From the NCBI GenBank assembly GCA_047495785.1, contig JBLDXI010000056.1, positions 62,001 to 126,000 of the forward strand: DNA of 64,000 nt, in the 5' to 3' direction. Below the pieces are notes generated by a model. It saw nothing but the letters and a program-made list of their open reading frames with translations, ran no database searches and was not told where the DNA came from. The position numbers and the translations under genes are program-made. Below are positions 43,743-56,230 of the stretch, one piece after another (position 1 is the first letter of the stretch; every line of letters begins with the position of its first letter). This DNA comes from Lepidodermella squamata. Taxonomy: Eukaryota; Animalia; Gastrotricha.

Positions 43743-44707
43743 ATGCTTGAGATGACCCCCGAAGGGCGTAATCTTGTTCCGCAGATCGAAACGATTAATA
43801 TCTATCCGAACTGGCTTGAGAAAACCAGGTTGCGAACCCCGAGAAATCGCTTTGAAAAGTGTCCTGTGCCCGGTGCTTTTAACGATGTTGTCGCTTTCGC
43901 CAAAGAAGCTCTACTCATGAAGGAATTCGATCACCCAAACATCCTTCCATTGATAGGAATCGCGTCTCTCGACGGACAGCCGAACATTGTTGTCCCTTTC
44001 ATGGAAAGAGGCAATCTCCATCGTCCAACTCGTTTGAGGACGATCTTTGGGAGAAGGATCTCTTGGTGGATTATTCTAAACAAATCTGCAGAGGAATGGC
44101 TTACCTTTCGTCGCGCAATTGTGTTCGCAGAGACTTGGCTTGTCGCAACACTTTGGTGTCTGACGATGAAGTTTTGAAAATATCAGATTTTGGCTTGTCT
44201 CGATTGGTTTCTGACGAGCCCCTCTACTATAGATCTGGCGATATCAGTACTGCCATGATACCCACTCGATGGCACCCACCTGAGTCTCTCATTAGTCAGG
44301 TTTTCCTACCTAAAGGAGATGTTTGGTCATACGGGTTTGGTTGTTTGGGAAATTTTCTCTTGTAAGTGTTACTTGGCCGACCTGACTAAATTTCAGGGCA
44401 CTATTCTTAATTTCAGTATGCCGTGAGGAGCCGTATGCAGGGTTGAACAATTTCGAGGTTATAGTTAATGTGACAAGCGGGTTACGTCTGAGCAAACCTA
44501 ACTGCATAGAGAACGTAGTGATCACTACGTTCTCTATGCCTAACTGTTGCTCTGATTTGATTTAAGTTTGCTACGGGTGGCTATTCCCTGTTCTATTAAA
44601 TGTAATCGACTTCGATACAGCAAAATAATTACTCCTTGTTGGAAATGTCCCGGGAGTGCCAGGCCATCTTTTCAAGAACTTCTGGACGGCTTTGAAGAGC
44701 TGAATTA
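43743..44707 (+). pseudogene. Tyrosine kinase pseudogene
   Basis: EALLMKEFDHPNIL, GMAYLSSRNCVRRDLACRN (HRD changed to RRD), DFGLSR, DVWSYG; frameshift near 44020-44060, later stop codon and a transposon footprint. Confidence 0.8.
44505..44538. mobile_element. 34-bp (17+17) palindromic transposon excision footprint with 8-bp TSD
   Basis: CATAGAGAACGTAGTGA|TCACTACGTTCTCTATG flanked on both sides by CCTAACTG. Confidence 0.85.
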
Positions 44708-45949
44708 GTCTGATACAAAGGCCTCCAAAGACTTACCACATTAATTGATCTAACGATCCAGGTTTTAAAATGCTTCTAAAATTGGTTCTTATATACTTCA
44801 AAAGGATCATGCTACAGCATGTTTATCTGAAAATTAAAATGGCGGTAATTCCAGCGGAAGAATCATATTTAATTTTTTCATTCCGCAGCACTATCAGCCA
44901 ATAGGTCGCAATCCGTGTGGGCGTTACAAGTCTCCGGATACTCCAAGTAGCAGTATTTCGGCATCCAGCTCGGTTTAGCCTCTCGAAAATCGAAGGTGGT
45001 GAGATATGGACCCCAGGTGTGGGGACAGCCTGGAGAAATGGCGATCTTAAAATTCGGCGGATTCCGTAGTAACCGAAGTTCTACAAATCTTCCAAAATTC
45101 TCCCATAACTACACGTCTGGAAATCGGTTTTTTTTGCTGTGCAATATGATAGTCAAAGTGCTAAACGTCACCCGATTTGACGGCAGGTACTGAGCCAGCT
45201 TCAAATGGATTATATGGGTACAATAGCTGCGCTGCACGGCATTGGCTGTGACTCAACTTTGCCTGGTTTCTGTACAACCACCCATCGAGATTGACTTCAA
45301 CAAAAATAAGCAAAAGTGTACTTCAAAACGTAACTTTATTTTTTCACAAAGCAGCAATAACAGAGGAGGAGCTCCCTCGATCCTATAAATAGACAATTTT
45401 AGATTCCGACAGCCGCGTAACAGAATGTTTTCTCCAACTAAATAACTCAAATAACTTTGGCAAAGACAATCCGCAAAAAAATAACACAGAAAACGAACAA
45501 CCACATACCGAAATGGATGCGACTGAAATGATGATAATAATAATTTAGTAGATCATACAAATTAAGGAATTTTCAGCACGCAATTATTCATCAGAGAAAT
45601 TGCAGAAAAAATGTCTTGACTCGTATAACGTGGCTCTCACGGGTCACATTTGCATCACTGAGTTTATAGTGTACAGTTAGACAACCAGCGGTTGAAATTT
45701 TCGTACGGTGAATTGGATTGAATTACATTGCAGTAGGGCACCTTCAAGCAGCGGCAATGTGAGATGCCTACAAATGCAAGCAATTTCAGGGTGGAAAAGA
45801 AATGATTTTATTAGTGGGTTAACAAAATGGCTAAGTGGTGGATGGCTTTGTAGCGAGTGAAAAGGAGGAGAAATACCAGCGGCTATTTGTCAATAAAAAC
45901 GGCATCTATGTTTCCAAAGTTTTTTATTACTAGGTACGTGTGGCTATAA

Positions 45950-48900
45950 TCATGCAGCGTGTTTGAACACGAAAACCGAATCGTCGAGCAGGTAGTACGG
46001 CGCGGACATGTCGCCCTCGCACAGATACGGCAATTTCGTGAACGAGTGGATTTCAAAGCCGAGCGGGCGCATCAGCTCGATGAACGACGCCGACTGCTCT
46101 TCGTAGGAATAGCCGCGAATGTTCAGCGTTTCGATGGGCTCCGTCGAGTTGCCCATCTCGACGTAGGGGCAAAACGGGAAGGCATGCGCGACAATCAAAT
46201 AGCCGTCTTTCGCCAGTTTGAGCTTCATTTGCTTGATCAGCGAGATCGGGTGTGAGCAGCGGTCGAGCACGTTGAGGCACGCAATCGCGTCGTACATCAT
46301 GCCGTGGTCCGTCCACGATTCAGCTGTTAACAAGCTATAAAAAAATACATGATGTAACAGTTTTTTGACATTGACTTGGATATTGATTATACTCTAGAAT
46401 CGGTAGCAATGCTGGTTCTCCTTCTACACTTGTGACTGCAAAGATCGCCTATCTGATACCACCTAATATGTTATGCGTGGTTGTTGACCGCTTTTACTAA
46501 TGTGGCAATAATTTTTAGACTACAGTCTACACTAATGGTTGAGAATAACTCGACACTTTCGTTCTATCTTCATGGACTATTCGATCCGCGCCGTTTAATC
46601 ACATAAACCGGTAGAAATAATGACAAACGAGATACAAGTTCGGCCATTGAAGTGCCTTCAGTATTTGTGTTGGTCCTTGAATCCTTGGCGGCTTACTTCG
46701 TAATTGGCATATAGACAGATAATCAGAGTCGGAATCTCAGCGTTTGGACGAAGCGAAAACGCGCATCTTATTAAGACTAAAGTTTTACCGCAAAATAACG
46801 TGTTGATCCTTTGAAGCTGCTTGTCATCAACGTCGAGCTCTTGTACGGCGAAAAGTTCACGAAAGATCAAGACGTCAACTTGCGATTCAGCGGTCGCTTG
46901 TTCCACATAAAACGTTGTTGATTCTTAGCCAGTTGAACTCCTACAGCAATGAGGCATTCGCGTAAGACCTGTCGCGTTGCAATTTCGGATCTTATTTCGG
47001 ATTAATACCCTGCGACCGAATGTATCAGGTATCGGCAACGGCTGGAGAACTCTATTACCTGCGGCTAATTCCACTTCATCGTAGTGGAGCGAAAAGATTT
47101 CAGGATTTGCGACAAGTACAACCTGAAGGTACCCCGGCGTCTAAGCCAGTCGATTACTGCGACGATGGTCATATCGAGTTATCCATGAAAGAAGTGTGCA
47201 GTCACACCAGGCCCAAGGATGTCACGGAATTCTTCATCAGTGTTCTGTTGTTTTCTGCCCCATCAGACGCCCTTGCGTTGATGAATCGATTTCGCAATCA
47301 AATGTCAGAAGATTTCCTCCATGTCACTAGGTTGCTTAATCCTCATGCCGATTATTCAGAGCGGATTTTCCAACAAGCTTTGGCTGAGACAGATCAGCTT
47401 ATATCCCAGAGTAACAAGTCATTGGCGAGTTTCAACCTACCGGAATTCAGGTGCTAACAGGTCGACTTAATCGGTTGGCTGGTCCGAAGGACCGGTCCCT
47501 GGAATTGCTAGTAGACAGATAATCGGAGTCGGAACCTCAGCGGCAGATGAGTCAAATACGGGGAGTAACGCAAAATTACATGCGATTACACGCTGCATTA
47601 TTCAGGACGTCAAGTCTTTTCCTGGTTGGATTATCCCATTGGACGACGATGGTTACATAGATCAATATTGAATAAGCTCACGTCACGCTGTATCTGTGGT
47701 AGTTTTACGATATTCCATAGCTGAGCCGTTACCAACTAAACGCAAAGAGCCTGGGACTTTCCCCTAACGTCTTTGCATACTGAGTCTCTCAATGTTTCCG
47801 AGTCTCTAAATATCCTGTAACTAAAATGCAGCGAGCAAGGCGCTAAACAACTACAAACAATGAACAAGCTGAAGCGGCAACTTACTGAAAGGCTTCGCGG
47901 CGAGTCAGCCGCCAGCACATTGGTGCCGATTTCTCCGTGACGTAGACGTTGTCAAAGAGGGGCGCCATCTGTTCCGTGACTTTGCCATCGCCGGCGCCAA
48001 TGTCGAGCAGCGAGTGGGTGCGCCAGTCGTCGTCGACGCGCAGCAGCGCTCGGAATTGCGCTGTCGAGAAGACGAACATGGAGCCGCGGCCGAGCAGGCC
48101 GTTGATCGATGTTTTTGAGATGACGAAGCTGAGCAGTTTGGCGGCGAACAGGTGGAACATTTGCGTGAACAGCCAGTCCGACTTGGCGTACGACTGGTCT
48201 AGAAACAGATCGGTGCCGTTGTCCTGGCGTAATTGCACAAATTTGGAAGCCAGATCCATTGGCAAGGCTTTGAGATCAGCGGAGTAGTGCTGCAACACAA
48301 TTCAATAAATAGAAGAATGTCTCCAGTATTTCAAAACTGTGAACGGGTTCCTAAATTTGTTGCCTCGTCTACTCTTCCAACTCCTCAATATGCCAAATAG
48401 AGGAAGAAATGTCTCCCTTCATCGCTTACAGTTGCTTTTCTTGTTTCTTTGTCTATGAATACTTATTGCTAAAAAGAAGATTTCTACTTAAAAACAGAAA
48501 AGGCAGTTTCCGTTGACAGTATTCCGGTAACTCCCAATTTTAGCTCATATACGCGTTTGGGGTTCCTTTCCAAGATTCCTCCGTGAAATATTCGAACTTA
48601 CCGAAACTGAAATTTCTCAGAATTTTATTGAGAAGTTTCAGTTTCTTAGCTATCAATAATTGTTGAAATTCCTTAATTTAAAATAGGCCATTATTAGCCT
48701 AAATTAGCCTGAGTTTCTGCGGCAATTATTGAAACTTCTCTGCCTTCGCGTTAGTTCCGAGCCAATATATATCAGCATCATGTTTTAAGCACGAGGCTAC
48801 AAACTGACATTGAATATGAGCTTTTTCTTGAATTTGAATTCAATCCTCAGAGCCTACTCTAATTTTAAGTTCCATTTCAAAGAATTTTTCCATTTTTTCC

Positions 48901-49132
48901 AATTAATTCACCATTTAAATCAAACTGAAATTAAACAACTCTACTAAATGTGCTAAAAATTTGAAAACTTAATCACTTAATCCAAAATGTTATGAATAGC
49001 TTTTCTTGTTAAGAATAATATAGATCAAATGTCTGAATTTTCGAAAGAACTTACTTCTTTGCAGAGAACTTTCGAGTGAGTCTTGTCGAACTCGGCCCGT
49101 TGCATGTAGGCATTCATAAGCACCGAACGCAT
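45950..49132 (-). CDS. METTL9: Protein-histidine methyltransferase METTL9 (DREV); three coding exons
   Basis: TSINGLLGRGSMFVFS, LLDIGAGDG, CLNVLDRC, TKLPYLCEGD. Exons ~49132-49054, ~48290-47900, ~46335-45950; first exon less certain. Confidence 0.92.
46600..47600 (+). mobile_element. Degraded Helitron RepHel fragment in a METTL9 intron
   Basis: RMYQVS..AGELYYLRL..LH..GA..FQDLR.V and ...QMSEDF... match the conserved region between the Rep and helicase domains of Helitrons; flanks are disrupted. Confidence 0.75.
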
Positions 49133-49383
49133 GATTAATTAAATGCAGTTAAGTAGAGATATTCGTCAAATTATTTACAAAACCGACATCAATATAAAAT
49201 AACACCTAACCAGGAAAAATGTAAAAGTATGAAAATCAAAATGCCAAATTGAAATATGACTACTACTATGTGGATATATACTTGAGCAGAGACTTTCAAA
49301 CAAAAATTCCGAACACCGGACTTGAAAATTGAAATAAACGTAATTCAGCGGGGCTATATAGAATTCGAGAATTACAGAAGCAT

Positions 49384-52300
49384 TCAAAGGCCGATTTTAT
49401 AGGACCGGCCCTTCGGGTTGTGGATGGCGGTGCATCGCGGCTGCGTGATGGCCCATTCGTACCAGACCGAGTGGTCGTCCGACAGCCGCCACATGTGCAC
49501 CTTCAACTTTTCGCCAGCCGCGAACTGCAACGGGCTGACGAGCGGGAAGTAGATCGAGAACCACGAGAATAGATCGGGCGAGTGCGTGGTCGGGTGGATG
49601 CTCATGACGATGTCTTTGTACAGAACCGAGTCGAAATAGCCGGCCAGGCCGTGTATCGTCACGTCGTAAGGGATTGTGAATTCGGCGCAGGCGAATCGAT
49701 CGTTCGAATGGGGCTCTAAACGCGCAATAAAGGGGTAAATATTCGAGTGAGAGATGGCCGGCAAATGAGAATATGAAGACCGCTCATAGTGCGCTATTTC
49801 AATAAGGGAACACCGGAAAACTGACCGGCAAAATCGATCAGATGAGAAATTTAATAACGCCGTAAAGTGGCTTGAATCTTGATTCCTTTTCCGCAGGCAA
49901 AATTTCTCAAAATTTAAAATTAATCAGCGTATTTCTCAATTGCCTAAAGGTATAGTGTGTAGATGCATGGACACATGTACATTTCTTCACTTCAGGAAAA
50001 TAAATGAGATGGAATGAATCGGGCCAATCCCTAATTTGCCAAATGATTCGCTACAAAGGCTTGTCTCGAACGGATTGTTATCAAAAGCCAAAAAATGATA
50101 TCGACAGTTCAAATACCAGAGATTGGAGTAACAGCGGATGGGTTAATTTTACGCTCTATCGGAATAGTTTATCACAATCGGCTCATACTTCATTTTTGAA
50201 CTATTTTATTGCTTTCATCATACCGTACTGCCCGAAAAAATTGCCAGCCTCGAATAAATGGCAGCCTCAAATAAATGTCAGAGGTTTTCGGTCGTTCGAA
50301 AAAATAAATGTCAGGTCAGTGGAGGTGACAATACGAAATATCACTAATGAGGTCATTTTCAGCCATTCTGGTTGGAAGTAATTTCCACTATTGGCACTTA
50401 AAAAGGTCAAGGGCCAATATTTAGGGTCAAAATACGTAGAATCGGACGGAAATGCATGCTATTTTGGTTACCTAGGCATTTACTTTTTGGTTCGGATAAA
50501 TAAATGTCAGTCCCTTATAGATGTCAGGGGTTCATCAACGTTTGAAAACAATAAATGTCATGGGTTTTTTTCCGGGCAGTACGGTATTTTTTTCGTCGTT
50601 CGCAGTTTGCATTTTCTCTGATTAGGATCACCAACATGATAGTTTAGAGCGTATAGACCATACTAAAAGGTTTATTTGCATGCTATTTATTTCAATTTTA
50701 AAACATATCGGTGAAATTTTCATCTAAAATAAATTTTTAGAAGTTTCTTTGGGAACCCAATTTTACAATGAATTCTGTTGGCTTGACTCTCTGAAATCGA
50801 AGGGAGAAATTACATTCTGACGGTGAGCTAAGAAATCTACCCGGAGTTCGGGGATTTTATGAAAATGGACTGAAAAATGTACCACTAAATATGTTTCCAT
50901 CAATTTTTCGAAATAGAATATTGATTTCAAAAGCGAATCGGCTCTTATATGAAGCAAATGAGAGTCACTTTTCTAAAGATAGACATGTGTTAAATTGACG
51001 GGAAAAAGGGAAGGAAGCGAAACTGGAATCAAGAACAATGATACGCCTGGTTTCGGACAATTTTCAAAAGTGTGTTCCTTTTTTTGCAAAAAACACGCAA
51101 AAAGGTTTTCAGGGTATACACATCACTCATTCACTTCTTCAAGACGCTGAAAAAAGCTCGACGAGTAGAAGGCGTTGGGCTATTAAAATTTGAAAAATAA
51201 TTATTTTTCGATTATCAACGTGAATTCGAAAATTTTCTGCTCAAAACACTGCGTGATGTCATCGGGAGCCATAGGGCTTTTATACACGCAAAAATGTGAA
51301 ATTATTATGTGTCAAGGTCGAATTTAGAAAAACTAGTCTAACGACATGAAAGGGAAAAATAGACTCGGTCAAAAGGTAAAAGGTAAAAGCTGCACGAGCT
51401 TACCCAAAAACTAAGGGTAAAAATTGCTCAAATTTTCGGCACATGATTTGGAATTTTTCTGCTCAAAAGCAGAACAAAACAGATGGCGCACACGAAGAAC
51501 GAGCTTCCCCTGGGAACAACGACAAAAATTGTCAAAATTTTGTCCATTAAAAAATCAGGAAACGCCTTTCAAAATATCATTTTAAACTAATGGTTTCAGT
51601 TTTTCACCGCCCCATGGTGCAATTCATTTATAGCTTTTTTGAAGACTCATTCAAACATTGCCTCACTGATGAAAATTCCGTTTATTTCAACAAAAATCTC
51701 ACCAAAATTCGGATGGTCGAACTTGAACATAGGCTGCGGCTCGGCAAACACGTTCGCGTTGTGAAATCGCACGACATACGGCAGTTCGAAGACGTACTCG
51801 GGGTGCTTGTAGCCCTGGTGCTCGCGCATGTTGAACAGCTCCGAGTACAGGCGATGCGCCTGGATTGGCGCAATGTACGACGTGTACGACGACGGGATGC
51901 TGATGCCGCCGTCTTTTTTCAACAAATGCTGCGCCCCATCCAGGCACTCGGGCGAGAGTTCGTTGTCGCCGAACGAGCCGAGCAGTTCTGAGACCAAAAT
52001 GTCGGCAAGTTGCGGCGGCTTCCACTGCCGCATGTCGCTCGCGATGATTGTCACGTCGTCGTTCGCCCACTCGGTGACGCGGCGGTTGCGCAGTGTCACA
52101 ATCGCGTTTGGGTTCTTCTCAACCGCGTACACTTTCACGAGGCAGTCGGTTTTGCGGGCGGCTCGCAGCGTAGCGGCAACCAACGGACCGCGACCGGCGC
52201 CAACCACCATGACAACAACGCTGGAAATTTGAAAAAAAAAATATTCAAAAATCAGAAATTTAATCAAAACTGAGTTTAAATAAGGCTGGACCGAAAAATT

Positions 52301-55300
52301 AAATGGCCTAGCTTATTTTCAATCAGGTATTGAATATAGAATTACAATTTCGTTTTCTGGGGGTGGGAATTAGTTGCTGACATTCTCCCTCCATGCAGAG
52401 TTCACGTGCTTAGATTCAACAGTAACTCGTAATAGTACCGACATTTAAAAAAATATACGGAATCAACAAAATATGCCACTTGCTGCTATTTATAATTTTA
52501 CCCAAAAATAAAAATCTAGAAATAAGATGGTAAGATGAAAAAGTCAGTGTTTCTCTATCGAAGAGGACTATTTGACCGAAAATAAGTGAAAAGTGGGGTT
52601 TGGCGAATTTTCTGTATTTTCAAGTAAATCGCAAGAATAGTGTTCACTTGAAGTAAGACGATTCTTAGATTCAGAGATGTTCTTACTCAGATTTTCTTGA
52701 GAATTTTAAATTTTCAAATTTCAGATCTCTAGGATGCTCCCATCCTCCTTAAAACGCGGAAAACCCCAGAGTTGCTCTGAAATGTGTTACTGATTCAGGT
52801 CTTCGTAGAGACTCTAGCTTGATCCCAGTGAAATTTTTTAACATCAAGTAAGATACCTCACCTCAGATTGCCCCTGAAAATCATGATCGCGCATACAAAA
52901 GCATCAGAATATATTTCGCGGCTAGCTTTTAATTGATGAATGATAAACTAAATTTTTTAAGCGCGCATTATTTGAAATTAGCATTTGTCGCTCGTAAACA
53001 TTGAAGCCCATTTTCTCAGGAACCCTGATGAATATCAACCCCTTTTTTATACCATTCGACTCCACGTTAGTAGATCTTGAAAGTGGCATCAAAATCTCAC
53101 AATGTCAAAAATTTCGCCAAACCCCATTTTTCACTTATTTTCGGTCATTTTATATTTTATTCCTATCTACATGATATCCATATAGAGAAAAAATGACATT
53201 TTTTTTCTATGATGATATCAACGAAATCAGATTTGTTCTTTGTTGCCCATTCTGCGTGGTACTCTTTCCGTTGAGCGTGCTAGAAGCGCTTCTCTCGATC
53301 TTGTCCAAGACTGGACTGAAAATGTAATGAGCACATCGCTTATTATTGTCTTTTTTCTGGTTAGAAACTTATAACGGCTGTTCAAATTCGCACCTAGTTC
53401 AATGAGCATAACAACAGCAATTCTCTAATGCAAAACCGCTTTAATACGCCTCTAACATGCACGTGACCTAGGCGTGACTGAACTTTGCGCAGGTGCCACT
53501 CGGGTAGCAGGCAATATAAACGGATCAATCGCCCTAAAATTTTACTTTCTGCCAAATTGCGAACATATAATTTCACAGTTCGATTTCTCCAAAAATGAAC
53601 AAATTTCTGATCGTCATCTTACTAACAGTTGGTCTATAATATAACTATAAGCTAAATGGCATTAAAAAATGTTTCTTGTTCAAACAGGCTGTTCTAGCTG
53701 TCTATGCGGAGGAGGAGGAGGAGGGAGCTCGTATAATTCGTGACAAGCAAAACGCCCATCACATACAATCCGGCACCAAGGCTCCTCGTAAGCCGAAGAA
53801 CAAGGCCCATGGAGCGGTGAAGGCCAGCAAGTAAGCTGGCGTAAAAACCCCAGAGAAACATGAAGAGGCCAAGCCTAGAATATTTGGAAAGGTTGGGAAA
53901 TTTGTTGGGAAGGTCATCCAGAAGGGCAAAGATCAGTACAATAAGATACCTAAAGGCGTAGCTGATGGCTTGAAGACCAAGGTCAAGGCCAAGAATGCAT
54001 GAGCCGAACTTCAAAGGTAACAAGCGCGTGCTCATTTACTTATTTCACTGGTGAGGATTCGTGGAATGATGAATGAGTAAATCAATAAAACAATTCGAAG
54101 AAAAAATTAGATTTATTTGCTAATGTTTAAAAAATTTCAAAATCAGGTTCAAAATTAGTTTGAATATTCTCATTTTTTTTATAAAATTGCAACTTCAAAA
54201 CGGGTTGAGTGAAAACTGGGATTTCATTTGCAGTCTTCTTAAAATTTATAAATCTTAAAACATTGAAAAAACCAATTAATCGCAATTTCGCTGGTTTTTA
54301 CTTATGGTCTATTCACTCGCCATTGAAATACCACCTATCAGAACTTGGATGTTCCTCATATGAGACGCACCCCAAGAAAACGTACCAAACTTTTTCACTT
54401 AATCACACAAAAAGGGGCATTATAAAACTATTTTTCAAAAATTATTACTCACGTTCGACTTTTTCGCTCCTCGACCGGGACCATGTCATTCAGAGCCGCC
54501 GCAACAGCTTGATGGTACAGCTCGTACTTGGTCGGATCGCGCTCGAACGTTTCATACGTCTGCGATTCGAGGTTGTCCATCAGCGGCTGAAGCGGGCACT
54601 GCAGGCAGTCTTCGTAGCCGGATGCGAATTCTTCGATGACGTTTTTCGGCGGCATTGTCTTGTACATATGCGCGAGATACTGCGCATACACTTGATAGCC
54701 TTTTTCCGACCTGCAATGGCCGGTTATCACTGGCTGGGTCCCAAGCTATAAATGAGACAATGAAAAAAATTGGTATAAATCCAAAACCGCAAAAATTGAT
54801 AAAAATTATTTGATATGTTCAATCATTTTTCATTTCCCACATTGACTTTAGGATTCAATTTCAATTTTTTCGGACATTCCGGAGCAAAATTTCAATTTTT
54901 CACAATTAATTTTATAGTTTGGCATGATTAATGAAATTTAAAGTTTTTTCTGTCGCAATCTAAGTATTGCAAATACCGACCCTGAAAATTCGCTGCAACA
55001 TGTTTTGATGAACTTTCGGCAACACCGGATAGCTGGCACGATTGACTAGAAAAGCACTTGTATCGACGAAAACGGCTCGAATCGGCTCGCCGAGCCACCT
55101 TTGAAACGCAGTCTACACAAGCCAGCCAAATTAAGCCAATTTTGTTTTCAAATCACAATCAAAAACCGACTTCATCCGGGGCATTTGGGCCAATCATCAA
55201 GGCGAGCCCGACTCTCAGTTGATTTTGCGTCAAAATTCGCAGACGATTCCACCAACTCCACGGGTCGTTTTCTGGATCTGGATTTTCAGTCGTAGGGCCA

Positions 55301-55933
55301 CACGCTGGAATAGCGATCCAAACTTGGCTGACAAATCCGTGTAATTTCGAAAAATGCGAGTACAAAATCCGAGCGAGATTAGCGCAATTCGGCCCGCGTA
55401 ACTGGTAAACAACGGCTGAAACAGCTAGATGAGAGGCGAGCGATAATTCTTCCAAAAAAGCCTGTAATTTAGCAATTATAGCAATTCAATTTTTCGACGA
55501 TTTCTACTGCAAGACCTTTTCAGATATGAGCCGTTCAGCGTCGTTTGGATCGTCGACATCGATCCAGGATGAAAGGCGAGGCACGACAACGTGCTGCCAA
55601 TCTGAGATTTTAATTCAATTTTCATCGATTTTTTCTTTCATGTCGTTATTTGACTGTCTTACCATCGCTGCTAATGACCATGTCCGAGCGCGTGCTTGGT
55701 CTCGCTATTTCTTCACTGTCATCTGCATTTACGCGACGGCGCCGTCTCGGATGAAAAAGTGGTGTGACAACAAATCCGAAGCTAAACAAAACAACAAAAA
55801 TAATCGATCATTTCCGCTCCGTAGCACTCAAACTATCATCCTACCCCTGAGTTTTCGATTCAGCAAGGCATGACGGCAGATCGCTCGTGAAACAAAAGTC
55901 GCGGCCAAATACTAGACTCTTCTGGTTTTTCAT
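49384..55933 (-). CDS. PRMT5: Protein arginine N-methyltransferase 5; about eight exons
   Basis: GRD...[89 protein letters not shown]. Confidence 0.96.
50221..50586. mobile_element. MITE with TA|CCGTA termini (Tc1/mariner-pogo-like) in a PRMT5 intron
   Basis: TACCGTACTGCCCGAAAAAA ... TTTTTTCCGGGCAGTACGGTA, with internal repeats of ATAAATGTCAG. Confidence 0.8.
52573..53148. mobile_element. MITE-like element with ~40-bp terminal inverted repeats
   Basis: TGACCGAAAATAAGTGAAAAGTGGGGTTTGGCGAA ... TTCGCCAAACCCCATTTTTCACTTATTTTCGGTCA. Confidence 0.7.
53179..53211. mobile_element. 33-bp transposon excision footprint with 8-bp TSD
   Basis: CATATAGAGAAAAAATGA + CATTTTTTTTCTATG flanked by ATGATATC on both sides; ends resemble those of the 43152 MITE. 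Confidence 0.75.
53595..54002 (+). CDS. Nested antisense secreted cationic peptide precursor (AMP-like) with in-frame TAA at 53832; exons 53595-53627 and 53688-54002
   Basis: [26 protein letters not shown]..., the same 11-codon first exon and phase-0 intron as the genes at 17605 and 19714. The frame continues 55 codons past the TAA; AATAAA at ~54083. Confidence 0.75.
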
Positions 55934-56230
55934 TTCACGCAATACGTATCTACTGGAAAATAATCGATAAATTGTGTCCGCTCATAATGCTTTAATGGCA
56001 TTTTCGCCGAGCCGCAAACATGATTGCGCGCAAACAAGTGAATATCATCAGCGAATTTATTATTGAAGCCGAATAATACGCATCTATGTACGTGACTAGC
56101 GACTATATACCAACGAGAGAAATCTATTTACAAAAATACTCGTCAACAAAATGAAGACGGAAGAGAAAAATGTCTTTGGCACGAAATTTTAAGCACAATA
56201 TCGAGTCCTAAGAATCCCAAATGAGCAAAA

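Noticed and set aside
43743-44707. Functional receptor tyrosine kinase
   Set aside because: Frameshift, HRD changed to RRD, no clear Gly-rich loop or VAVK lysine, and an in-frame stop near the C-lobe.
53831-53853. GTAAGC...CCCCAG as a micro-intron removing the in-frame TAA
   Set aside because: Only 23 nt, far below the ~50-nt introns seen here, and splicing it shifts the frame into an immediate stop.
53694-54035. 113-aa hydrophobic minus-strand ORF as a membrane protein
   Set aside because: It is the antisense shadow of the Lys-rich plus-strand peptide gene (AAG codons read as CTT, Leu). The plus strand has the signal peptide, intron and poly(A) signal.
55950-55985. ATG at 55985 as the PRMT5 start
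   Set aside because: It reaches a TAG after 11 codons, whereas ATG 55933 gives the conserved GRD...FHPR N-terminus.
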